A DNA stretch of 64,000 nucleotides from Octopus sinensis (Eukaryota), in contig NC_042997.1 of the NCBI RefSeq assembly GCF_006345805.1, positions 200,632,001 to 200,696,000 on the forward strand. The letters run 5' to 3'. How positions within the stretch are numbered: the stretch's first letter is position 1; every line of letters begins with the position of its first letter. A model generated the notes under the pieces. The model saw only the letters and a program-made list of their open reading frames with translations, did no database searches and was not told the DNA's origin. The position numbers and the translations under genes were made by a program. Positions 53,464 through 64,000 of the stretch are shown here, piece by piece.

Positions 53464-54582
53464 GTGGTACTCCGTCGGTTACGACGATGGGGGTTCCAGT
53501 TGATCCGATCAACGGAACAGCCAGCTTGTGAAATTAATGTGCAAGTGGCTGAGCACTCCACAGACATGTGTAACCTTAACGTATTTCTCAGAGGAGATTC
53601 AGTGACTGGTAAGAGGATCGAAACCGCGATCCTACGACCGCGAGTCCGCTGCTCTAACCACTGGGCCATTACGCTTCCACACTTCAGAATACACAACAGA
53701 GGAATGCAGAGTGTGACAAGGCTGGCCTCTTTGAAATACAGGTACAACAGAAACAGGAAGAAAGAGTGAGAGAAAGTTGTGGTGAAAGAGTATAGCAGGG
53801 TTCGCCACCACCTGCTGCCGGATACACATGGAGCTTTAAGTGTTTTCTCTCAATAAATACTCACAACGCCCGGTCTGAGAATCGAAACTGCGATCTTACG
53901 ACCGCGTGTCCGCTGCCTTAACCACTGGGCCACGTGTCTTCACATATGAATATCGTAGCACTCCGTCGGTTGCGACGACGAGGGTTCCAGTTGATCCGAT
54001 CACCGGAACAGCCTGCTCGTGAAATGAATGTGCAAGTGGCTGAGCACTCCACAGACACGTCTACCCTTAATGTAGTTCTCAGGGAGATTCAGCGTGACAC
54101 AGAGAGTGACAAGGCCGGCCCCTTTGAAATACAGGTACAACAGAAACAGGAAGAAAGAGTGAGAGAAAGTTGTGGTGAGAGAGTACAGCAGGGTTCGCTA
54201 AGAAGCCAAGGAACAGAAGAAAGAAGACATGCACCCAACACCAGAGCTGAAGACACCTCCAAAACGGGGGGGGGGGCGCCACGTCAAAACGGTAGAGGAG
54301 TAGGGGCCGAAACCGGACGTGGTTCCTCCTGATGATATCTTGAGCTAACTGGATCCTATAAAGGAGCTGTTGTGGTAGCAGACCACGAAACACGGTTGAA
54401 ATTCCCCAGAGTTGGCTACCACCCGCTGCCGGAGCAGCGTGGAGCTTCAGGTGTTTTCGCTCAATAAACACTCACAGCGACCGGTGAGAGAATCGAAACT
54501 GCGATCCTACGACCGCGAGTCCGCTTCCCTAACCACTGGGCCATTACGCTTCCATACTTCAGAATACACAACAGGAATGCAG
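53464..54582 (-). mobile_element. Cluster of rearranged tRNA-derived SINE family C copies
   Basis: Three heads (53680, 53943, 54554) and two tails (53464, 53955), all matching 60636-61022. A ~218-bp foreign insert sits at 54198-54415. Confidence 0.85.
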
Positions 54583-54959
54583 ATTAAAAAAATAAAAATC
54601 TACCTTGCTACCAATAGTTACAGGTGTTGTGTAACGTTGTAATACTAAAAGTGATAGCAGATCAATGACAAAAAAATAATGATATTGATCTGAGTTCTTA
54701 CAGTTCCAAGTTGGTCATCGATTATCAAATATGCCATAGTCAGGTGAGATTGATTTTCGTTGTTCTTTTTTTGTTTATCTTTCGTTTTCTTTGTTTGGTT
54801 TTCTTGTTCTTTGGTCATTTTTCAAAATAATAAATATGGATATTCGCATACTTAAGAATTTACTGATGTGCAAACATAAGTCTGTGTGTCTGTGGGTGCG
54901 TGCGTGCGTGTGTATATATGTGTATGTGTGTTGTGTGTGTGTGCGTGTGTGTGTAGTTG

Positions 54960-55310
54960 TGTGTGCGTGTGTATGTGTGTGTGGTGTGTGTATGTGTGTG
55001 TGTATATGTGTATGTGTGTATGTATATGTGTGTGTATGCGTTGTGTGTATGTTTATGTGGTGTGTGTATGTGTGTGTGTGTATATGTGCGTGTGTATGTG
55101 TGTGTGTATATGTGTATGTGTGTATGTATATGTGTGTGTATGCGTTGTGTGTATGTGTGTGTGGTGTGTGTATGTGTGTGTGTATATGTGTGCGTGTGTA
55201 TGTATATGTGTGTGTATGCGTTGTGTGTATGTGTGTGTGGTGTGTGTATGTGTGTGTGTATATGTGTATGTGTGTATGTATATGTGTGTGTATGCGTTGT
55301 GTGTATGTTT
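54960..55310. repeat. (GT/AT)-derived minisatellite, ~76-bp unit
   Basis: ATGCGTTGTG landmark at 55036, 55140, 55216 and 55292. Confidence 0.75.
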
Positions 55311-55582
55311 GTGTGCGTGTATCTGTGTGTGTGCGCGCATTGTATGAGTATGTTTGTGTTTGCGTGCGTTTGTGTGTACGTGCGTGTGTGTGTGTGAGTG
55401 TGTGTGCATGTGTGTGTGTGTATGTGTGTGCATGTGTGTGTGTATGTGTGTGTGTGTGTGCGTGCGTGCGTGTGTGCTAGACTACCCTGAACTTGACTGT
55501 TGCTTTGTTCTGAAGCATAAGTATACTGAATTCTAATATCAGCTTATTAGCATCACTAAGCCTAAATGAATTAACAATAACC

Positions 55583-55645
<63 letters not shown>

Positions 55646-55953
55646 TAATAATATTAATAATAATAGTAATAATAACAATAATAATAATAATGATAATAAT
55701 AATAGTAATAACATTGATAATAATACAGAGGCAGACATACAAACATATGCATACACACATCCAGCTATTTGTACGTATTCTTAAATAGGTGGCCTTAAGC
55801 TATTTGTTCGTTAACTAATGTAAAACACCACAAATGTCATATATTACGTTGGCCGAGTCTGTATTGCGAAGCAACGCCAACATCCGAAGAAGTTCCTGCG
55901 TTTCTAACCTTTTTTGTTGTTAAGCTATCTGTTCAATATTTAGTTCATCATAC

Positions 55954-56092
55954 CTTCTGTTCAGTGTATTGATTTTCTAAAGCTACTCCAACAAACAACC
56001 AGATAGCTTTCTTCACAATACACCGACAGCAACGTTCATATTTTATTCCAATCCATAACATATCTACTAAGTCGCGATATTCACTATTCAGT
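55954..56092 (-). CDS. Candidate host exon, unidentified protein
   Basis: Acceptor TTTCCATTATACCATTAG, strong donor AAG|GTATGA, open frame LNSEYRDLVDMLWIGIKYERCCRCIVKKAIWLFVGVALENQYTEQK. Confidence 0.4.
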
Positions 56093-57421
56093 CTAATGGT
56101 ATAATGGAAATATAATCTGTTTGGGTTTGTGATCGAATGTTACAGACTCGTCTTTAAGTAATTTTATGTATCGAACTGGCAGAAGTGTCAGGGCTTTGAA
56201 CAGATTACCTGAAGGCATTTCTTCTGACTCTCGGTGATCTGAGTTCAAATATCACCGAGGTCAGATTTTGTCTTTCATTCTTTCGGATCTAAATGAAGTA
56301 ACAGTCGAGAGCGGTGGGTTGGCAAAATTGTAAGAACATTATTTACATATTTTTTGTTAACACAACGTTTCGGCTGAGACTATGTTCAGTATCAAGTATT
56401 GAAATGGCTGCATGTATATTATTAGAAGAATTCTTACAAAGAAGAAGAATAAATTTAAGAACTACTATTTACAACATAAAAAATATATTTTATTAATTGG
56501 TCGTCGATGAAATATAATCATAATGCAGAATCTAGTTGAATGAAGTAATCTGTGCGAGAAAGTTCAGAAATGTAGAAATAACAGCTAAGTAGAGGTTTTC
56601 AGTCATGTGGCATAGAGAAATAGATGGACATAGCAACGACGTGAATGGCTCAGAGTCTGGTCGATGATTCTTTATTATGAATATTTACATTCGAACATAG
56701 AAAGGACAAAACAGGACATTACAAAACATTTAAAGATGCTTGGTGAGCTTATTTAGTGACTTAAAAATATTATCTCTTATTATAAAAGGCAGATTTTATC
56801 TGCCTCCCTTTGGGAGTTATACAAATCTACAATATAGGATTTCTTCAATTACAATTTACCTAGCAGTTTTAAGAGTACAATGCATCGCGTCATGCCAGGT
56901 CCAGTTTTTAAAATTTAAACTCCAATTAAGCAAAATTTACAGAAAACTCACATTCTGGTGTGTGTGTCAAATGCTTTTCTTAGTCTGGTTTACACCACAT
57001 GCAAACGCACACACACAGTGGGCAAGGAATAAAATGAAAGTAATTCACTTACTGTAGTGAGTGATTCTTTCACTCTGCTCCCACTTCCTCTTTACACACA
57101 TAGAAAAAACTTTTATTTTTTTACATAAGTAATGAGAGTGAAAGAGACTAAGAGAAAGCGATTGTATGACGAGGGAAGTTCCTTTGAAGTTACCGTGCAT
57201 GGGACTCATTGATGTACATGTGTGTGTGTGTGTGTGTTTGATGGAGTGTGGGAGACAGACAGTATGTGTGTAAGTGAAGTGCTTCTGTTAGTGTGTGTGA
57301 AGGACAGAGAGAGTAATGTGTGAAAGAGAGAGATAACTGAAATTTTTTACTCGGTTTATGTGTATGTATGTATGCATGTATGGTGTGTGTGTGTGTATGT
57401 ATGTGTGTGTGTATGTATGTA

Positions 57422-58267
57422 TTTATATATAAAAGAAAGGTTGTGTGTCTGTCTACTCCGATTTAGATTCCTAACTACTCCCACATTTTGCGATGCAGTT
57501 TAACCAAAACCGGGTATCTTATAGTCATGATTCATATCGAGCCCTTCTGGGTATTAGCGCGCGTCTACGATGAGTCTATGATTTTACAAATAATTTACCA
57601 TCATTTTTTTCCATTTTAATGCATATTTTTAAAAATAAACGGAAGTAACTCTCAAACTTCACACCCAATATGCGTGCTCATATGCGACGTAATATCACAT
57701 CACCAGCATTTCCTCACACTCTCCTTGCACTTGGCGAAGGCAAAATACCAGGGGATGAAAATGGTAAATATTGCCATCGATTCCATTTGTACCATTGTTA
57801 AGACGCCTTCTGATCTCAGAGATGCAGTGTTCCCAGATTTACAAGCTAATTATCAGAATATGGATTGGATTGGCAAAAAGGCTATACTGGCCCCGAGGAA
57901 TAAAACTGTTCACCATATTAATGATGAAATGCTAAAACTCATTCCTGGGGAAGTCGATGTATATCAGTCTATCGATACAACTCCTGACCCAGAGGACGTC
58001 ATCAACTATCCAATAGAGGTACTCAATTCCTTTGAGCACCCCGGACTACCACCACACTTTCTCAAACTTAAAGTTAGTGCCCCTATAATGCTCATCAGAA
58101 ATTTGGTTCCCCCAAAACAATGCAATGGCACACGTTTGGCGTTAAGTCCTTATCTCCCACCGTAAGCTTATTTCAATATTTGCCTGAATAATCATCATAA
58201 TTCAGTGCAATCATTAACAGTACTTTCAAGCAATTCAGACCCGAGCAACGCCGGGCAATTCTGCTAG
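57422..58267 (+). mobile_element. Internally deleted Helitron with PIF1-like helicase fragment
   Basis: ORF 57674-58165 (AILAPRN..PPHFLKLKV.APIMLIRNL..CNGTRL). 3' hairpin CCCGAGCAACGCCGGG followed by CTAG (58264-58267). Confidence 0.85.
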
Positions 58268-58629
58268 TATATATATAAAGCTCAAGTTGTATGTGTATGG
58301 CAGGTTTAGTAGCCTTCAACTAACACTATCTCCTCCGAGACCCTGCGTCGCAAGTTGACCAAAATTGAGAGTATGATAGACGAAGTCTTGCTCTTCCTTC
58401 CCTAGAAGAAAAAATTCAAATCGAACCATGTTAACACCAAAAAATATTTACATCAAAAAGGTGATTTTTTTCTATGAAAATCCCTATTTTTTTACGATTT
58501 TTTGACTGCTGTCACCAGATGTTCTCTTAAAGAGAATAACAAGCTTCATAATGCAAAATTTTTACTTTTCAAAAAATCCAATTCTAAAGGGTCGAAACAA
58601 ACCCGAGCCCACCCGGGCGATACTGCTAG
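58268..58629 (+). mobile_element. Non-autonomous Helitron, head-to-tail with the previous one
   Basis: Starts TATATATATAAAGCT..GTTGT, similar to 57422. Ends with hairpin CCCGAGCCCACCCGGG and CTAG (58626-58629). Confidence 0.75.
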
Positions 58630-58700
<71 letters not shown>

Positions 58701-58744
58701 ATATACACATACAATTAAAATTTAAAACTTTTAAAACACTGACT

Positions 58745-59118
58745 GAGGTCCAAAAGGCCAGAGACTGCACCCTTCTGCCATGTGATTAAGTAGGGAAGTC
58801 ACTCCCAAATTCTTCACAACATCCTTCCATTTTTTTCTCATATATGCCTCGCGACAGATGTCTTCTCTCCACCCCTATCTTGCTTCTCAGATGGTATCTG
58901 AAGAAATACAGCAAGCCTGGGTCGGAGATAAAGGTTCCTGTCGCGACTCCTTTCATCCTGGTCCTCCAACTACACTCTTTCATAACGGTGACTGCACAGA
59001 AAAAACATGCCTCACCTTCCTTGGAAAGTCCGGCTAGCGGTACAGTCTTTATCACAGACTCAGCTGATAGCTGCAGTCTTCCTAGATGCGATAACACGTG
59101 TTCGACGTAAATTATCAA
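58745..59118 (-). mobile_element. Tx1/L1-clade LINE 3' fragment, different subfamily
   Basis: YVEHVLSHLGRLQLSAESV..MKECSWRTRMKG..FFRYHLRSKIGVERR, homologous to copies M and P. Confidence 0.75.
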
Positions 59119-60098
59119 ACCAGAAATCTCCGGACGCTATACAAAGGCGTGCAGGAATAAGAAGGGCAAGCAAGCTGTTTTTATTAATGGAACACTAGAC
59201 ATTCCAGAAACTTCCAAGAGAAATGCGAAGCTTCTTGAATAATTAAGAATCACGTCTCATGACGTAAGTGTTTTGAGAAACTTATTAAAGTATTATTACT
59301 CTATAATACTTTCTGCAATATAGATCATTCAACTATTTTAGCTACAGACCACAGACTACTACACTATCATATAATTTTTTTTTTTTTTGTTAAAAGTATT
59401 CTTTTCAACTGTCTACAAACACAGCCAGGCTGAAATAATTAATGTATTCTTCTAGGAGTGAATAAAAAATTCTCAAACTTGAGGGGATGGACCCCTTAGA
59501 TACTAACATGGTCCCCCATATATGGATTCTAATGGCACAGGGGCCCACTTACCATCGGGCAAGCTGGCAACCTGGCCAATCCGCCACTGTTTGCATGGTA
59601 CCAGTAAACTAATCGGGAGGCCAAGAGAGTTTGAAGTTTTGGCTCGTAAATGAGTGCGGATTATAAGAGGTTCCGGATCACCAGTATCCCGAAAATCGGT
59701 GTTGTACCCGTATTCGGGTTTGTCCGAATCAGAGGAGTTTATATTCGAGTCCGTAATTTGCGGATTATTGAGATTGTTTCTTGGAAACATTTAAAATTTT
59801 TATGTGATTATAATAACAAAACAAGGTATTTATTGATTGTTTGCCCTTTACCTCATTGGGACGAATGTCAGACCAAATTAGAATATTCTGGTCTGACTTG
59901 CCTTAAACTCGGAATTATTTTAAAACTCGACGACAAAGCAGCAACACCAGTTACAAGAACATGGTGAATACGCCTACTCAAAGAAGAAACCGATGTTTCT
60001 ATAAATGTTCAACAATGAAAAATACAAATAATTTGCACGGTCAAACGGACATTTAATTAGAGAGAAAATTATTTTTCAAACACCGAAGATGACTTTAA

Positions 60099-60629
60099 CC
60101 CTTTGCCTGCAATGAGCCCCGTTTGGGAATCTGCTAAAAACAGTCTCTCTGCTGGTTGTTTGTTGTATTTGAATTTAATTGCTTGTATACATTGCATTTG
60201 CAGAGGTGTGTTTAACAATATTTAGTGGTTAAACTTTGCCATTATTAGCTCTGGCTAATTCTAGAGGACATTTTATGTCATAAATTGCAATTTTTGAACT
60301 ACAAAAATATTGACTGTTTTGAAAATGTTTTTCTTTTTTTTTTTTTTTTTGCATTTCCCATCTATATCAATCATTGATATTTTTGATACTCATTCGCATT
60401 TGATACTATAGTTTCAAGCAATTGAAAATGTTTATTATTGCAATTAAATAGAAAAGGATAAATATGCTTTTTTGTTCCAGCAATCCCCATTTGGGACTTT
60501 TCGAAAAATTTATCATAATTTCCAAAGTAATTCACATAAGAAGAAAATTTAAATACTATATATTATTTTAACTTCTATGACACCTGGCAAAGCCAAAAAA
60601 TAGGAATATAAAATTTGGCAGTTAATGGG
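60099..60629. mobile_element. piggyBac-like MITE
   Basis: TTAA on both sides (60095-60098, 60630-60633), CCC..GGG termini, imperfect TIRs. Confidence 0.5.
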
Positions 60630-60635
60630 TTAATA

Positions 60636-61022
60636 GGTAGGAGCACTCCGTCGGTTACGACGACGAGGGTTCCGGTTGATCTGATCAACGGAACAGCCTG
60701 CTCGTGAAATTATCGTGTAAGTGGCTGAGCACTCTACAGACACGTGTACCCTTAACGTAGTTCTCAGGGAGATTCAGCGTGACACAGAGAGTGACAAGGC
60801 CGGCCCTTTGAAATACAGGTACAACAGAAACAGGAAGTAAGTGTGAGAGAAAGTTGTGGTGAAAGATTACAGCAGGGATCACCACCATCCCCTGCCGGAG
60901 CCTCGTGGAGCTTTGGGTGTTTTTGCTCAATAAACACTCACAACGCCCGGTCTGGGAATCGAAACCGCGATCCTACGACCGCGAGTCCGCTGCCCTAACC
61001 ACTGGGCCATTGCGCCTCCACA
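60636..61022 (-). mobile_element. SINE family C, full length
   Basis: Head GTGGAGGCGCAATGGCCCAGTGG..GGTTTCGATTCC. 12-bp TSD AATGGGTTAATA at 60624-60635 and 61023-61034. Confidence 0.9.
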
Positions 61023-61239
61023 AATGGGTTAATACCTCATGTGAAAATAACAAACAACAACAACGATAACAGCGAAAACAGCGATACTTCCACGCATGCA
61101 CAAGTTTTAACTTGTAAAAGGATTCGTGGATAAATTACTTTTGCTTCGAACAGGGTGGTTCTAAACATGTAAAGGGTTCGATCTTAGATGTTTCCAAGGT
61201 AACCTTGCTTTAGTAAACCTTTTTTTTTTTTCACTCTAC

Positions 61240-62200
61240 TCGAGACCAGATAATGAGAACGCTGAGATACCCGTTACCTCGCGAACCAAAGAGTAGAGTT
61301 AAACATATCCTCATGGGAGGAACTGGTGGAAGATTTATTCAGTGGCGCGTGAAATATCATAGGATCCATTGACCAAGGAAAATCCTTCGGGACTACCGAC
61401 CTGCATTTCAAGACGGAAGAGGAAGCGGAATGATAGGCAGAACACGGAGCACCCATTCGGTGACATACCCCATATCTCATCGCAACACAGAATTAGCAGT
61501 AAGTGATATTGGTAGTGATATCGACCCCTGACCTGCTTTTACCTTTAGGGAACAGTATGGATGGGTGACAAGCGCTGAGATCATAAATAGCACCATGTGT
61601 CTGGGACTGATCAGCATCGACTTCTAAGTTCATTTATTCCTTCGAGACAACAGAGACATTGAGGAACGCTACCTTGTTATGAACGTAAAAACTACTACGA
61701 TAATACTGAGAGTACTGAGCAGAAGGCCAAGCTGCTACACTTGTAGAAGTAACAGTTACTTGAGGAAACAAGACTACAAACAAAACTAGGATCCATAGGT
61801 TGTTAGGATCTACAGGATCTGCCAAGACTATAATCTACACCAATGCCAACCAAGGCCTTGGAATAAGGAGAGGGCTATCTGGTCAGGGAGACAGCCGAGA
61901 CACTCATTAGCCTGCTTGTGGACAGAGGTGGTGACAGTGTGTGGAAAATGCATGCAACATCGTTTCTACCGCTGTGAGGAGCTGGAGAATATGTCACGCT
62001 CTCAATTCCAGAAGCTGACAGGTAGGAGCCAACTTTTTTGCTAAAATAATAACCCCAAACCTTTGTCTTGTAACAAAGGACCTGTAGTGGAAAACTGAAA
62101 AGAGTGGAATACGACAGGAAAGAAAAGAGGAAGACAACCCAACAGAAGAGAAATGAAACATGAAACGCAACATGAAAACTGACGTCACGATCGCTCGACA
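61240..62200 (+). mobile_element. Probable decayed Tx1/L1 ORF1 remnant
   Basis: Higher GC, many stops, degenerate knuckle RRPSCYTCRSNSYLR similar in context to the ORF1 near 29450. Confidence 0.35.
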
Positions 62201-62549
62201 GTGGGACAAAAACTTAAAAGTAAAATTTAGGATATGTAGAGCAATAGATATTGTTTAGTTGTTGGATTTAGTGAGTACGAAAGGAGCCGAAATATAAGAA
62301 ATATTTAATGACAAGCTTTTCATAAGCATAATGCCACGCCCTGTCAGACACAGTTAGGTACAGCAGGCTTCAATGTGAACAGGCTTTATTGTGACAAGGG
62401 TGATATAGCGTGCTCTAACACAAACTAACCAGTGTCTTCCCAGATGTCGTGAAAGGCAAACCCTAAATGTATGTATTTATTACATATTTTGGATCACGTT
62501 TTTGGATTTGCTTTGCAAGATTTTTTTATGTGAGTTCGTGTGTTGAAAC

Positions 62550-62733
62550 ATATTCTGTTGTGTCTGGGGAGAGTCATTCTCTTTTGGTGCTTTATAATTT
62601 GAAAAGGTTGCAAGACGCAACGACAATTTTAGAAAAAAAAAAGAAAAAAGAAATAAGTGGAAATTTTGCCGGTGAGTGTGTTAAATTATAAGGCATCAAA
62701 AGAGAATGACTCTTACCAGACACAACAGAATAT
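62550..62733. repeat. Inverted repeat, ~51-bp arms
   Basis: ATATTCTGTTGTGTCTGG..GAGTCATTCTCTTTTG..TTATAATTT matches the reverse complement of 62683-62733 with about 4 mismatches. Confidence 0.85.
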
Positions 62734-63391
62734 TTTGCTTTATATATAACACTGGTCAACAAGATTTTTCGTGTTTAGGAAATAGACATCATTCCTATAC
62801 AAAATCGGTCTCCTGTATCCTAATATAACCCCTTTTTTACCTCTAAGATCTAGTTTTTTAGTTATTGAACATCCCTATAGTCACTATGTATGTGTGTACA
62901 TCCAGTATGCAGTGTTTGTTATCTTATTCTAATTCTAAGTTTTATTTTCTTTTTCCATACTTTTTTGATGTTGTGGTGAACTAAGCAATAAAAAACGAGC
63001 AAGATATCCTCTTCAAGAACGTGTTGCGTTAATTCTCCAAATGTGCTTTGTTATGTCTGTGGAGAATACACATATTCCTCATGATGCCTTCTGATACTGT
63101 TGCTGGTCCTCTAACAAGTTTACTAATTCGTCGCCTTTATTAGAAGTTGCGATTTTTAGTACAACTTTTCAGCTCGCTTAGTCATCACAAACAGTAATTT
63201 TTAATGAATAAATCAATTTTGATGAATAAATGCATAGCTAATAATTTATCACTATTTAGATACTCGTTTAACTAAGTTTCTTTCACTGAGTCTTAATTGT
63301 TCTCGCATTCTATATTTCACAAGTCTTTATCCCAGCAGATTAGTTAACAATCTCCCATCAAAGATTAACCCAAAGATACATATTTAATACC

Positions 63392-63624
63392 TATTTCTTT
63401 ACTACCCACAAGGGGCTAAACACAAAGAGGACAAACAAGGACAGACAAACGGATTAAGTCGATTATATCGACCCCAGTGCGTAACTGGTACTTAATTTAT
63501 CGACCTCGAAAGGATGAAAGGCAAAGTCGATCTCGGCAGAATTTGAACTCAGAACGTAGCGGCAGACGAAATACGGCTAAGCATTTCGCCCGGCGTGCTA
63601 ACGATTCTGCCAGCTCGCCGACTT
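63392..63624 (-). mobile_element. SINE family A, full length
   Basis: 16-bp TSD ATACATATTTAATACC at 63376-63391 and 63625-63640. Confidence 0.92.
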
Positions 63625-64000
63625 ATACATATTTAATACCATCATGTTAACGACCTTCCTATCTTGAACTGAATTCTAGAATTAAAATAATAACTGCGGC
63701 AGAATCAAAAATATTCTATATAATTTTGTAAACTGAATATGCTAAATACCACCACCACAATCGCTAGGTTTCCTGTCCAATGTCTCTATATAAAACATTA
63801 CTTAATTATACCAGAAATACATTCCAGAATGTCGAAATTAAATGTTTCCTTTCTTTTTATTAATGAAATGATATTTAAAAGAAAATATCAAATATATTAT
63901 GCATATATAATTCTTTTTTCATACGACATATAATATTTCCATTAAATAATAGCTAATATGGAAGCATTTTATATCTAAAATTAATCCAAATTGTAGAATA

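Noticed and set aside
57674-58165. Host PIF1 helicase gene
   Set aside because: It is a fragment inside Helitron termini (hairpin plus CTAG).
59500-59589. hAT-like terminus ATCCGCCACTG
   Set aside because: No partner terminus or TSD was found, so an element cannot be delimited.
60940-61022. tRNA-like sequences (also 2480-2571, 50947-51020 and SINE-A heads)
   Set aside because: They are SINE heads fused to SINE bodies, with TSDs in some copies and no complete cloverleaf.

Overview
Repeat-saturated animal genomic DNA, most likely an octopus. This is inferred from SINE families I recall from octopus and the very high microsatellite load. There is one 100-N scaffold gap and no confidently identifiable host gene, only a few candidate exons. 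Main contents: (1) a ~2.97-kb unit repeated three times (4.4-13.6 kb), made of a 5'-truncated R4/Dong-type LINE (RT + restriction-like endonuclease) and a fold-back SINE, set in (TAA)n tracts, plus two more R4/Dong subfamilies stacked in other (TAA)n tracts; (2) several Tx1/L1-clade LINE remnants, two abutting (TATC)n tracts; (3) a Penelope-like element (RT + GIY-YIG) and degenerate hammerhead-ribozyme motifs; (4) a full-length hAT transposon and a non-autonomous hAT element, both with TIRs and 8-bp TSDs; (5) tandem Helitrons, a piggyBac-like MITE, and Tc1/mariner and CR1-group fragments; (6) three tRNA-derived SINE families; (7) several long inverted repeats. The most interesting signals are these: the dominant SINE shares its 3' ~45 bp with the Tx1-like LINE, and the SINE tail is repeatedly followed by a GGTATT-like motif that also occurs in its own body, giving head-(body)2 dimers. 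Many frameshifts are single-base homopolymer indels that may be sequencing errors. Most long ORFs in the supplied track are microsatellite artefacts.
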